Shown here: positions 1-7,863 of the stretch, piece after piece
Position numbering within the stretch: position 1 is the first letter of the stretch
How the letters are laid out: each line of letters begins with the position of its first letter
Assembly (NCBI GenBank): GCA_038247415.1
Contig: JBBRUX010000044.1
Span: 1 to 31,481 of the forward strand
Length of the DNA stretch: 31,481 nt
Reading direction: 5' to 3'
Source: Chitinivibrionales bacterium
GTDB taxonomy: Bacteria > Fibrobacterota > Chitinivibrionia > Chitinivibrionales > WJKA01
Translations under genes and position numbers: made by a program
Notes under the pieces: generated by a model
Databases searched by the model: none
What the model was told of the DNA's origin: nothing
The model's input: only the letters and a program-made list of their open reading frames with translations

Positions 1-1
1 C

Positions 2-583
2 CTTGGGTTAGTAACGCTGGAAAATGGAACACCGGCAATTGCCAATCCAATTTACAAAGAAGTAGTTGCTCGAATGTTAAGCTACAGTATGCAGCTCGCT
101 ATTCCTGCGCCTGAGTTTGCGTGGAAGAAGAGCGATGGTACGCTTGATATGGCGGTGCTGCTTAAGGAATTCCAAAAATTCTGGAGCTGGAATGCAGATA
201 TCTGGGAAGAAAAGGCAGATTATACCGAGGCTTTTCCCCATTTGTTGCTTATGGCATTTCTGCAACGAGTAATCAATGGTGGTGGTCGAATTGAACGGGA
301 GTATGCCGCTGGACGCGGGCGGATCGATCTTGCAGTGTTGTTTGGCGGAGCATGGAATATTGTCGAGGTCAAGCTCGTGCATCCTCGAAAAGGACGAAAA
401 ACCATGCAGGAAGAGGGGCTTGCGCAGATCACGAAATATCGCGATACTATAGACCCGGAATCTTCGGCCTATCTGGTATTGTTCGACAGAACTCCCGTAG
501 GAAGAAAATTGACGTGGGAAGAACGGTTGACGTGGCAGGAGATTGTGGTTGAAGGTAAACAGGTGATTGTTGTCGGGGCTTAA
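2..583 (+). CDS. ATP-binding protein, C-terminal part (AAA ATPase with PD-(D/E)XK nuclease-like tail); 5' end lies outside the window
   Basis: The frame is open from base 2 (LGLVTLENGTPAIANPIYKEVVARML...). It contains AFLQRVINGGGRIEREYAAGRGRIDL and IVEVK, typical of the PD-(D/E)XK tail of this ATPase family. Confidence 0.8.
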   Translation, partial: LGLVTLENGTPAIANPIYKEVVARMLSYSMQLAIPAPEFAWKKSDGTLDMAVLLKEFQKFWSWNADIWEEKADYTEAFPHLLLMAFLQRVINGGGRIEREYAAGRGRIDLAVLFGGAWNIVEVKLVHPRKGRKTMQEEGLAQITKYRDTIDPESSAYLVLFDRTPVGRKLTWEERLTWQEIVVEGKQVIVVGA

Positions 584-625
584 ATCTGGAAGAAATTGGT
601 GAAACGGGGTGAGTTTCGAATAGTG

Positions 626-671
626 TTGTATTATTGCCAGTAAGTAACTATATTTGTTTCTTACTGGACAA
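626..671 (+). promoter_or_regulatory. sigma70-like promoter overlapped by an inverted repeat, probable AbiEi operator
   Basis: TTGTAT(626-631)-N17-TATATT(649-654). Inverted repeat CCAGTAAG(637-644)/CTTACTGG(660-667) with an inner AAC/GTT pair. AbiE operons are known to autorepress through promoter inverted repeats. Confidence 0.6.
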
Positions 672-674
672 AAT

Positions 675-1295
675 ATGCATATAAAAACACCTTCAATACC
701 CGAGCTTGATTATCAGCTTGTCATGAACGCACTGAGGGAATATGCATATCCCCGCAAGGCACTTTCTGATTTACTTGCACGTGGTGACCTGGTCAGGGTC
801 AAAAAGGGTTTGTATGTTCAGTCCGGCTTTGGAATACCCCCTTATTCCAAAGAAGTCCTTTCTAACATGATTTATGGTCCTTCGTATATCTCCTCTGAAT
901 ATGCGCTTGCATATTATGGATTGATTCCCGAACATGTTGTAGAAGTTACGTCGGTCACCACGCGTAAATCTAAGGTGTTTACTTCCCCTGTTGGAAAATT
1001 TTCTTTTATGCATGTTCCGGTTCCTTATTACAGTTTTGGATTTATCAGGAAAGAATTTACAACAGATGAACGGGCGTTTCTCATTGCTGATCCTGCAAAG
1101 GCGCTGGCTGATCGGGTACTCAAGGAAAACGGACGGTTTTCGGTTCGATCTATGAAGACTTTTCTTTTTGATAATTTACGTATCGATATCGAAGCATTTC
1201 GTAATCTTGACAAAAGTATTTTTGCGGAGGCCGCACGCGTTACCGGGAGACAGTCCCTTGAAATTTTGCGCAAGGTAGGGGATGGGACGTTGTGA
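675..1295 (+). CDS. abiEi: AbiEi-family type IV TA antitoxin / transcriptional regulator
   Basis: LVRVKKGLY and PSYISSEYALAYYGLIPE...VTSVTT, ADPAKALAD motifs. ATG at 675 preferred over TTG at 654. GTGA overlap with the next gene. Confidence 0.85.
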   Translation: MHIKTPSIPELDYQLVMNALREYAYPRKALSDLLARGDLVRVKKGLYVQSGFGIPPYSKEVLSNMIYGPSYISSEYALAYYGLIPEHVVEVTSVTTRKSKVFTSPVGKFSFMHVPVPYYSFGFIRKEFTTDERAFLIADPAKALADRVLKENGRFSVRSMKTFLFDNLRIDIEAFRNLDKSIFAEAARVTGRQSLEILRKVGDGTL

Positions 1296-1789
1296 AAAAC
1301 CCATTAGAGGATTTACTTGCCCGATATAAGTTGACATCAACGGATGATGCGTGGCAGGCGCTTCGCGAGATTGTTCAGGAAATTGTTTTGCTGGGTTTGT
1401 GGCGCGGCAAGTTTTTTGAGCACGCTGCATTTTACGGTGGTACGGCGCTACGCATTATGCATGGATTGCCACGCTATTCTGAGGATTTGGATTTTTCGTT
1501 GTTTATGCTTAATCCAAAATTTTCTTTGAATCCCTACTTTACTTTTATAGAAGAAGAGCTTCGCGCATTTGGTTTTGAAATATCGATTGTACAGAAAGCT
1601 TTTGACAGTAATTCCGCGATTGAAAGTGCATTTGTCAAAATGAATACGCGCATGGGTTTTCTTACGCTGGGTTTACCTCAAGTTATGATTGATCGTCTGT
1701 CTCGAGAGCAAATTTTAAAGGTCAAGTTCGAGATAGATTGTGATCCTCCAGGAGATTTTAAAACAGAAACAAAATACCGGTATGTGCCG
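1292..1789 (+). pseudogene. abiEii: AbiEii-family nucleotidyltransferase toxin, truncated after about 166 codons
   Basis: FYGGTALRIMHGLPRYSEDLDFSL signature and LKVKFEIDCDPP are present. After KYRYVP the frame runs into unrelated sequence and the C-terminal K...R..(K/R)D.YD motif is absent. Confidence 0.8.
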
Positions 1790-2079
1790 CATTTCTCGAC
1801 GAAAAGAATATTCCCGTGTTGCCACAGGGCGATGATGCAAGTCTGCTATCGCTTATTATGCAAAGCTGGGCAAAGCTTGTTGCACCAAAACCTCTTGTCG
1901 TTCTATTTGACGAAGATGATGTTTTCGCGCTCGCTGCTCAGCATACCGATGCGACGGGGCAAAAATTCGATGTGGATGCACTTGACTATGTGTATGATCA
2001 ATCCCGCGGGCAACCGTGGCTGACTAATGCAATGCTCCAGAAATGCAAGGTTAAACGTAGTCATGTTTTAAGTTTTTAA
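1789..2079 (+). pseudogene. Internally deleted fragment of an AAA ATPase
   Basis: Frame 1 reads Walker B PLVVLFDE (1891-1914) directly followed by LAAQHTDATGQKF...QSRGQPWLTNA. No Walker A and no convincing start. Confidence 0.65.
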
Positions 2080-2081
2080 AT

Positions 2082-2231
2082 TAGTTTAAGATGAACGAAA
2101 GGATGGTCATATGATACAGATTCAGGTTCATGGTGGATCTAACAGTTTTAATGATAATGATCAAACAGTAATGATTAAAGATGTGAGATTGACGAGAGAA
2201 ACAGTCTTTCATTTGTGAACTAGTTTAAGAT
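2082..2231. repeat. 11-bp direct repeat TAGTTTAAGAT flanking 128 bp
   Basis: Identical copies at 2082-2092 and 2221-2231. Confidence 0.6.
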
Positions 2232-2279
2232 TTCCCATCACCTTGAGAGTGATGTAAGGATGCAGACATAAAGGCTTTC

Positions 2280-3092
2280 ATGAATATTTATGTGGAATTG
2301 ACTCGCAAGTTTAACGAAGGTCGACTCAGGGCAATTTTAAGCTCTGGTCAGGCTGTTGTTCTTCATCGTTTAGCGGTGATGAGCAAGGACGGAGATTGGT
2401 TGCTTCGCGAAGAGTGTGACGTATTTGACCATATTCTGAAAGTGCTTGATAGTTACGGAGCGCGATATCGCTTTGGTGCGCCGCTCGATATGCGCTGGAT
2501 GGTTGGCGGTTGGAGTTCCCATTTTGAATTTATGTCGGGGAATTTGAGAGTAAGGACGGATTTTGTATGCAGGCCACCGCGCATTTCGCCATCACGTCTT
2601 GAATCTATTTGGCGAGAGCAGGAAACGCGGAGTTTCCCGTTTGTAGATTTGATTGACCTGATTTCGTTAAAAAAAACGAATAGGGAAAAGGATTATGCAG
2701 TGATTGGTGAGATTGCCCGAAAAATTATCGATGTGGATGATCAATTGAGATATTCGCGAAGCGCGCGGGATATCATGGAATTATGTCTTGCATTTCCAGA
2801 ATCTGCTACGAGAATTGCCAGCGAAAGACCTGTCCTTGTTAATGTCTCTGGGGACTTGGAAAAGCTTGAGGTGGCACTTGATGCGGAGCGCAGAAAATTG
2901 ATGCATGAAAATGAGAATAGACTTCAAAGATATATCAAAGCCGCATCGCCTTGGTCTGAACAATGGAAGCTGAAAGAAAAGATGGTCGAAGGACGCTCCC
3001 TGATTGAATCGCACAATGCACTTGTCAAAAATGCCGAAGGTTGCCTGCCGTTTGATGTTGAAAAGCAGGATGGTTACAGTGGAGTCAATTAA
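2280..3092 (+). CDS. Putative nucleotidyltransferase (AbiEii/DUF6036-like fold)
   Basis: SSGQAVVLHRLAVMSKDGDW matches the G-G-x-A...x-D-x-D NTase motif; LISLKKTNREKDY matches the C-terminal K...R.KD motif. Confidence 0.65.
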   Translation: MNIYVELTRKFNEGRLRAILSSGQAVVLHRLAVMSKDGDWLLREECDVFDHILKVLDSYGARYRFGAPLDMRWMVGGWSSHFEFMSGNLRVRTDFVCRPPRISPSRLESIWREQETRSFPFVDLIDLISLKKTNREKDYAVIGEIARKIIDVDDQLRYSRSARDIMELCLAFPESATRIASERPVLVNVSGDLEKLEVALDAERRKLMHENENRLQRYIKAASPWSEQWKLKEKMVEGRSLIESHNALVKNAEGCLPFDVEKQDGYSGVN

Positions 3093-3243
3093 GGATGAAT
3101 TTTTAAGCGAGGAAGATCTGGACATTCGCAATCTTGACGAAGAGGCGCTGGAGTATTACTGGAATATGTGGCTTGAGCAGGCGCAATCGACAAATGAATA
3201 CGACAAAGACCGCTATTCGCACGGTGTATTTGCTGTTGATTAA
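3070..3243 (+). CDS. Small acidic hypothetical protein (57 aa), candidate partner of the upstream NTase
   Basis: ATG at 3070 overlaps the NTase 3' end; MVTVESIKDEFLSEEDLDIRNLDEEALEYYWNMWLEQAQ... is D/E-rich. Confidence 0.6.
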   Translation: MVTVESIKDEFLSEEDLDIRNLDEEALEYYWNMWLEQAQSTNEYDKDRYSHGVFAVD

Positions 3244-3282
3244 ATGCGATGACAACCATTCTATATCTGGTGAAGAAATTTG

Positions 3283-3342
3283 GCATATGGTGAACCACGT
3301 CTTACACATGATATTGATTTTGTAAATTGTTCTGTGATTTGA
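3283..3342 (+). pseudogene. Tiny relic of another nucleotidyltransferase gene
   Basis: Frame 1 reads AYGEPRLTHDIDFV, the x-G-x-P-R-x-T-x-D-x-D NTase signature, bounded by stops and with no start. Confidence 0.55.
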
Positions 3343-3368
3343 AAACCGTTAGTTTGAACCTACCAGTT

Positions 3369-4544
3369 TTATATTGAACCGAACGCATTCTTCCAATTAA
3401 CCGCCACGATTTCGGAGCTTATCCGCAGCTCACCTTCAACGCAGCAGACGATCTTTCCAGGTTCGCATTTTTGTTGATTGATAAGAGCGCAAGCCTTGTT
3501 TAATTTTTCGGCATGATATGCCGTTGGTGTTGCGGTTTGCTTTATTTCTAGCGGGTAGAGCGTGCCGTTGGCTTGGATCAGTAGATCTATTTCGAATCCA
3601 TCAAGTGTCCGAAAGAAAAAGATATCGGGTCGCTTTCCGTACATTGTGAATTTTTTTATTGCTTCACTAATAACAAAGCCCTCAAAAAAAGCACCACCCA
3701 TATTTCCTGACCAGAGGGAAGCAGCATCTGGTTGACGTGTAAGATATGCGGCAATTCCAGAATCTATAAAGTAGAGCTTTGGTGATTTTGTCAATCGCTT
3801 ACCCAGATTGGCGTGATACGGTGGAAGCCGGAAAATAATATAGGATGCTTCGAGTGCAGAGATCCATTCCTTGCACGTTGGTTGACTGATGCCAGCCTCG
3901 TTTGCCAAATCTGCCATATTAAGGATTTGAGAATGCCGTGCAGCGCATAGTCCCAAAAAAGTTTCAAATCGGGAAAGGTCTTTGATCTGTTGAAGTTGCC
4001 GTATATCGCGCTCGATATAGGTGCCAAGATAGCTCCTGAGCCATAAATCGCGATCAATTTCCTGCGTAACGGGTGCCGGATACATTCCCTGCCAAAGATT
4101 TTCCTGGATCGAACGTGAAATCTTCGATTGGAATTCTGAGTACGAAAACGGGAGTAATTCTAAAATACAAACGCGTCCTGCAAGGGATTCTGTGATGCTC
4201 TTCATGAGGTTGAACTGCTGCGAACCAGTCATGATAAAACGCCCTTTTTTATCGGGTGACTCGTCAATCATGATTTTAATATAGGAGAACAGTTCCGGAA
4301 CATATTGAATTTCGTCGAGAATTATTCCAGAATTTGAGGTATATTGATTTAAAAAACCTTTAGGGTCACGATGAGCAAATTCACGGTTGAGCGGATCATC
4401 AAAAGTGATATACTGGTACGAGTTGCCAATTTGACTTTTAAGAAAGGTGCTCTTTCCCGATTGCCGTGGTCCGGTCAGGATCACTGCTGGAAAACCGGCA
4501 ATAGCCAACGTAAGCTTTTGATTTAGAATACGATCGATATACAT
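3369..4544 (-). CDS. AAA_14 + DUF4143 ATP-binding protein
   Basis: Walker A GPRQSGKS, Walker B IILDEIQ, MTGSQ, ESLAGR, KSPKLYFIDSG, FEGFVISE, EIDLL...LEIK. Confidence 0.9.
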   Translation of the reverse strand: MYIDRILNQKLTLAIAGFPAVILTGPRQSGKSTFLKSQIGNSYQYITFDDPLNREFAHRDPKGFLNQYTSNSGIILDEIQYVPELFSYIKIMIDESPDKKGRFIMTGSQQFNLMKSITESLAGRVCILELLPFSYSEFQSKISRSIQENLWQGMYPAPVTQEIDRDLWLRSYLGTYIERDIRQLQQIKDLSRFETFLGLCAARHSQILNMADLANEAGISQPTCKEWISALEASYIIFRLPPYHANLGKRLTKSPKLYFIDSGIAAYLTRQPDAASLWSGNMGGAFFEGFVISEAIKKFTMYGKRPDIFFFRTLDGFEIDLLIQANGTLYPLEIKQTATPTAYHAEKLNKACALINQQKCEPGKIVCCVEGELRISSEIVAVNWKNAFGSI

Positions 4545-4550
4545 TTTTCA

Positions 4551-4579
4551 AATATAAGATTTAATCTTAGAATTGTCAA
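4551..4579 (-). promoter_or_regulatory. sigma70 promoter with a palindromic operator; probably leaderless transcript
   Basis: Minus strand TTGACA(4579-4574)-N17-TATATT(4556-4551). Palindrome TAAGATT-T-AATCTTA at 4555-4569. The ATG begins 7 nt after the -10 box. Confidence 0.7.
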
Positions 4580-4690
4580 ATTATTTGTTCCCCTAGTATG
4601 GTGTTTGTGCCAGATGGCATATTTCTTAAGTTGAGGAATATCAAAAACATGAAATCTTACCCACCAAATTTTTGATTATATGAACCGTAG

Positions 4691-5962
4691 TTACAAGGAA
4701 AGCAGCCATTTCCAAACGGGCAGTAATTTAATTGTAAACTTTCCATGTTCTAGTGTGTTTTCCTGATCATCGGTTAGTATTGTTCCTTGTGTTAATTTAA
4801 AGGTATCTAATGCGACACACAATCCATCTAGTTCTCTCCCGGAATTTTCTTCGTTACATGAAAAGCATACCTGATAAGCATGTGTTATGGTATGACCAGT
4901 TTTAATGATGAAATCACACTCCTGTTTGTAATTATCCCAATAAAAAACTTCCCCGAGTCCAAGAGATTCTCTTCTTTTTAATTCTATAGCTACGAGGTTT
5001 TCTAAAAACAAGCCTTTGTTTGGTGAGAACACCATTGCCATCGCAGAGAGAAGACCACTGTCAATGCAATAAACCTTTTTAAGCGACGCATGTTGCTCTT
5101 TGAGCCTGAATGAAAATTTTCTTACAAGAAATATTAGGAACGTAGATTCAAGGTAGCCCGTGTATTCAGTGATAGTATGCGAGCTTTTGACATCACATCG
5201 GGCGGTAATTTTTTTAAATGATATTTTTTGAGCAAATGAGTTTAATAAGATAAGTGCTAATTGTTCGAGTACAATAGGGTATCGGATTTGATGTCGCATG
5301 AGAATATCTTTAGCCAAAACAGCTGAAAACATTGTGCGCAAGCGCTCTGGGCCAAATAAATGCCCCTCAAAAATTCCGCCATGTACGATGTATTCATCGA
5401 ATAATACTTTAAGAGCTGATTTTTTTGATGTTGACAAAGCTGCAACCGGAGAAACTTTGTGATTTTTATAATTGAGAAATTCCTTAAAACACATCGGGAA
5501 AAGTTGCCATAGATCAAATCTCCCGGTTAAGTGGGTGCCCATTTCTGCACTCATGAGATTGGAATTCGACCCCGTTACAATGATCTTCTTGTCTAAACGG
5601 AATCTATTGACAAATAATTCCCAACCAGTAATGTTCTGGATTTCATCAAAAAGATAATATTCTGTTTCACCATACATTTCATGGAAGACTTCGATCAATT
5701 GTTGAAAATGGACAGATTTAAATTCTATTAATCGTTCATCATCAAAACTCAGGAAAGAGTAGGTGGAAGATCTGCACAGCAAATGTGCAAAAATGGATTT
5801 TCCGGCTCTTCGCATTCCTGTAATAAGTAGAATGGTAGGGTTATTCAACACTGAGCAGCACCGATTCAAACCCTCGCGCTCGATGATAGAATCGTTAGAC
5901 AGGTGTTTCGCCATAGATTCTTTTTGGTCTACAATTACCTGTCGCAATAGCTCTTTATTCAT
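4691..5962 (-). CDS. AAA_14 + DUF4143 ATP-binding protein (second subfamily)
   Basis: Walker A GMRRAGKS, YLFDEIQ, VTGSN, THLTGR, KKVYCIDSG, LENLVAIEL, ECDFII. Confidence 0.9.
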   Translation of the reverse strand: MNKELLRQVIVDQKESMAKHLSNDSIIEREGLNRCCSVLNNPTILLITGMRRAGKSIFAHLLCRSSTYSFLSFDDERLIEFKSVHFQQLIEVFHEMYGETEYYLFDEIQNITGWELFVNRFRLDKKIIVTGSNSNLMSAEMGTHLTGRFDLWQLFPMCFKEFLNYKNHKVSPVAALSTSKKSALKVLFDEYIVHGGIFEGHLFGPERLRTMFSAVLAKDILMRHQIRYPIVLEQLALILLNSFAQKISFKKITARCDVKSSHTITEYTGYLESTFLIFLVRKFSFRLKEQHASLKKVYCIDSGLLSAMAMVFSPNKGLFLENLVAIELKRRESLGLGEVFYWDNYKQECDFIIKTGHTITHAYQVCFSCNEENSGRELDGLCVALDTFKLTQGTILTDDQENTLEHGKFTIKLLPVWKWLLSL

Positions 5963-6475
5963 TTTTTTTTACTTTCGCGGCTGTAAACCAGTAAGAAAAG
6001 ATCAATTAAATATATTTAATGTTTGTATTGCAATGCAAATATTTGTGAAATGTATGCAAGTATAACGCATAAATTAGTAAGGTGATTATTCATGTAGTAG
6101 CCGCTTGCCTATAAGGCGTTTTCGTGAGGAAAAGCTTGCGGGCACTGCAAGAAAAATGCAAGGATGTTTCGCGGAGACGAGGGGTGGGAAATAAATTTTG
6201 CTTGGGTTTGGATTGAAACCTTGCCGACACTTGAAGAGATCACTACACTCGAGCATATAATCTATGAGCATTGCAGAGTATTTTCGGAACTTTTCTCGTG
6301 CGCTTGAAACGTTTTCCTGCATTCAGCTTTAAGGAAACCCCGACCTTTACGTTACGATGCAGGAGATAGCTCTCCGCATTTCATGAGTGGTTTTTTTGCA
6401 CTAAGCCAAAAGCGTCTGTCTTTTCTTGAATCTCTTGGATTTTCCATCTTTAAAGGTTGCTCAATAGTCGAGTAC

Positions 6476-6502
6476 AAATGTATCTTCAATCTAGATACAT
6501 TT
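6476..6502 (+). promoter_or_regulatory. mazEF operator palindrome
   Basis: Perfect 10-bp inverted repeat AAATGTATCT-N7-AGATACATTT, ending 14 bp before the mazE ATG and overlapping a TATCTT -10 candidate. Confidence 0.7.
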
Positions 6503-6516
6503 TTTAAAGAGGAATT

Positions 6517-6759
6517 ATGCATACGAGAGTGCAAAAGTGGGAAAACAGTCTAGCATTGCGCATTCCGAACGTTTTTGTTAAGGATACAGGGCTGATACAT
6601 GGAGCGGAAGTAGATATAATACTGGAGGATGGTGCGATTGTTGTGCGCCCCGAAAAAAATCCCAAGCAATCGCTTAAAGAATTGCTCAGAGGTATTACAA
6701 AAACAAATATTCACTATGAGGTGGAAACAGGGCTATCGGTTGGTGGGGAATTCAGATGA
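6517..6759 (+). CDS. mazE: MazE/AbrB-family antitoxin
   Basis: VQKWENSLALRIP (consensus KWGNSL) and SLKELLRGITKTNIH; RBS GAGGA; ATGA overlap with mazF. Confidence 0.85.
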   Translation: MHTRVQKWENSLALRIPNVFVKDTGLIHGAEVDIILEDGAIVVRPEKNPKQSLKELLRGITKTNIHYEVETGLSVGGEFR

Positions 6760-7100
6760 CGGTTAAACCGTATTGTCCGTGTAGGGGAGATGTTATCTGG
6801 ATTGATTTCAATCCCTAGGCTGGCCACGAGCAGGCTGGCTATTGTCAAGCGTTGGTTCTTTCTCCAGAATCGTATAATCGAAAAACCGGGCTCGTAATTA
6901 TATGTCCTGTTACGAGCCATCAAAAACACTATCCTTTTGAAGTGGCACTATCACCCGAGTGCGAGGTAAAAGGCGTAATATTGTCTGATCAGGTCAAGAG
7001 TATGGATTGGAATGCACGCAGCGCACGACTTGGGTGTAAGGTATCTGGTTCAATTGTTATTGATACCCTGAATAAATTGGGTGTTTTGCTTGATACTTGA
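6756..7100 (+). pseudogene. mazF: MazF/PemK endoribonuclease toxin with an in-frame TAG at 6816-6818
   Basis: MTVKPYCPCRGDVIWIDFNP*AGHEQAGYCQALVLSPESYN...CPVTS...YPFEV...ILSDQVKSMDWNAR. The conserved HRP is changed to YCQ. Confidence 0.85.
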
Positions 7101-7130
7101 GCCGAAGCTTACGTCCATAATAACCAAAAA

Positions 7131-7694
7131 ATGGAGTCAAGTGCAATGAGTGGTTCGTTGTTTCAAATTCTCGGAAAATTTTTTAGAAATAATGATGTTC
7201 GACCGGTTCTTGTTGGTGGATATGCAGTAATTTCGTACCATATTCAACGAATGACATTTGATGTTGATTTTATCATGACGCGCGAGAATTGCTGTTCTCT
7301 TGAGAAAAATATTTTGGCATTAGGGTATGTTGTTTTTTGTCGTAATTAAGCCTTCGTTCAATATAAAAATAATCCACAAGGTTTACGTGATTTAGATTTT
7401 ATTTTAACGGATCAGTCGACTATTGACAAATTAATTGCATCGGGCAATGAAGTAGCTAGTGCTGGCGAATTATTTACAGTTCCTTCTGCTTTAAACCTGG
7501 TGGCAATGAAGCTTCATGTTCTTTCTCAAAATCCGGAACGGGAATTAAAAGATCTTCAAGATATTGTTGCGCTTATGCGCATTGAAAAAATAGATCCGCA
7601 AGCCGAGTAGGTTAAACAGGTGTTTACAAAATACAATGCAATGAAATACCATGAAAAGGTCATTAAATTTCTTGGGGGCAATCATGATTCCTGA
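7131..7694 (+). pseudogene. Nucleotidyltransferase (DUF6036/AbiEii-like) with two in-frame stops
   Basis: LVGGYAVISYHIQRMTFDVDF motif. The same frame continues past TAA (7347-7349) to VPSALNLVAMKLH...RELKDLQDIVAL, past TAG (7608-7610), and ends at TGA 7692-7694. Confidence 0.8.
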
Positions 7695-7863
7695 CTATTT
7701 AATGTTGCCGTCAATTGAAAGTAACACGATGGCCCCACCTTCAATCCGGTCTATGGATGAGATTAATAAGTGGATCGAAGAAGATTATGAACTTTTCTTC
7801 GATCGTAAAGCTTATGAAATGGAAAAAAGAGACCAGCCTGTCGCTGCCCTGTTTACTTTGTAA
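7684..7863 (+). CDS. Small acidic hypothetical protein (59 aa), candidate partner of the NTase pseudogene
   Basis: ATG at 7684 after GGGGG, overlapping the NTase end; MIPDYLMLPSIE...SMDEINKWIEEDYELFFDR. Confidence 0.55.
   Translation: MIPDYLMLPSIESNTMAPPSIRSMDEINKWIEEDYELFFDRKAYEMEKRDQPVAALFTL

Noticed and set aside
6756..7694. TAG recoding or read-through to explain the in-frame stops in mazF and the NTase
   Set aside because: The NTase also has an in-frame TAA, mazF has lost its catalytic Arg, ribD ends in TAG, and the housekeeping genes have no internal TAG. Ordinary pseudogenisation fits better.
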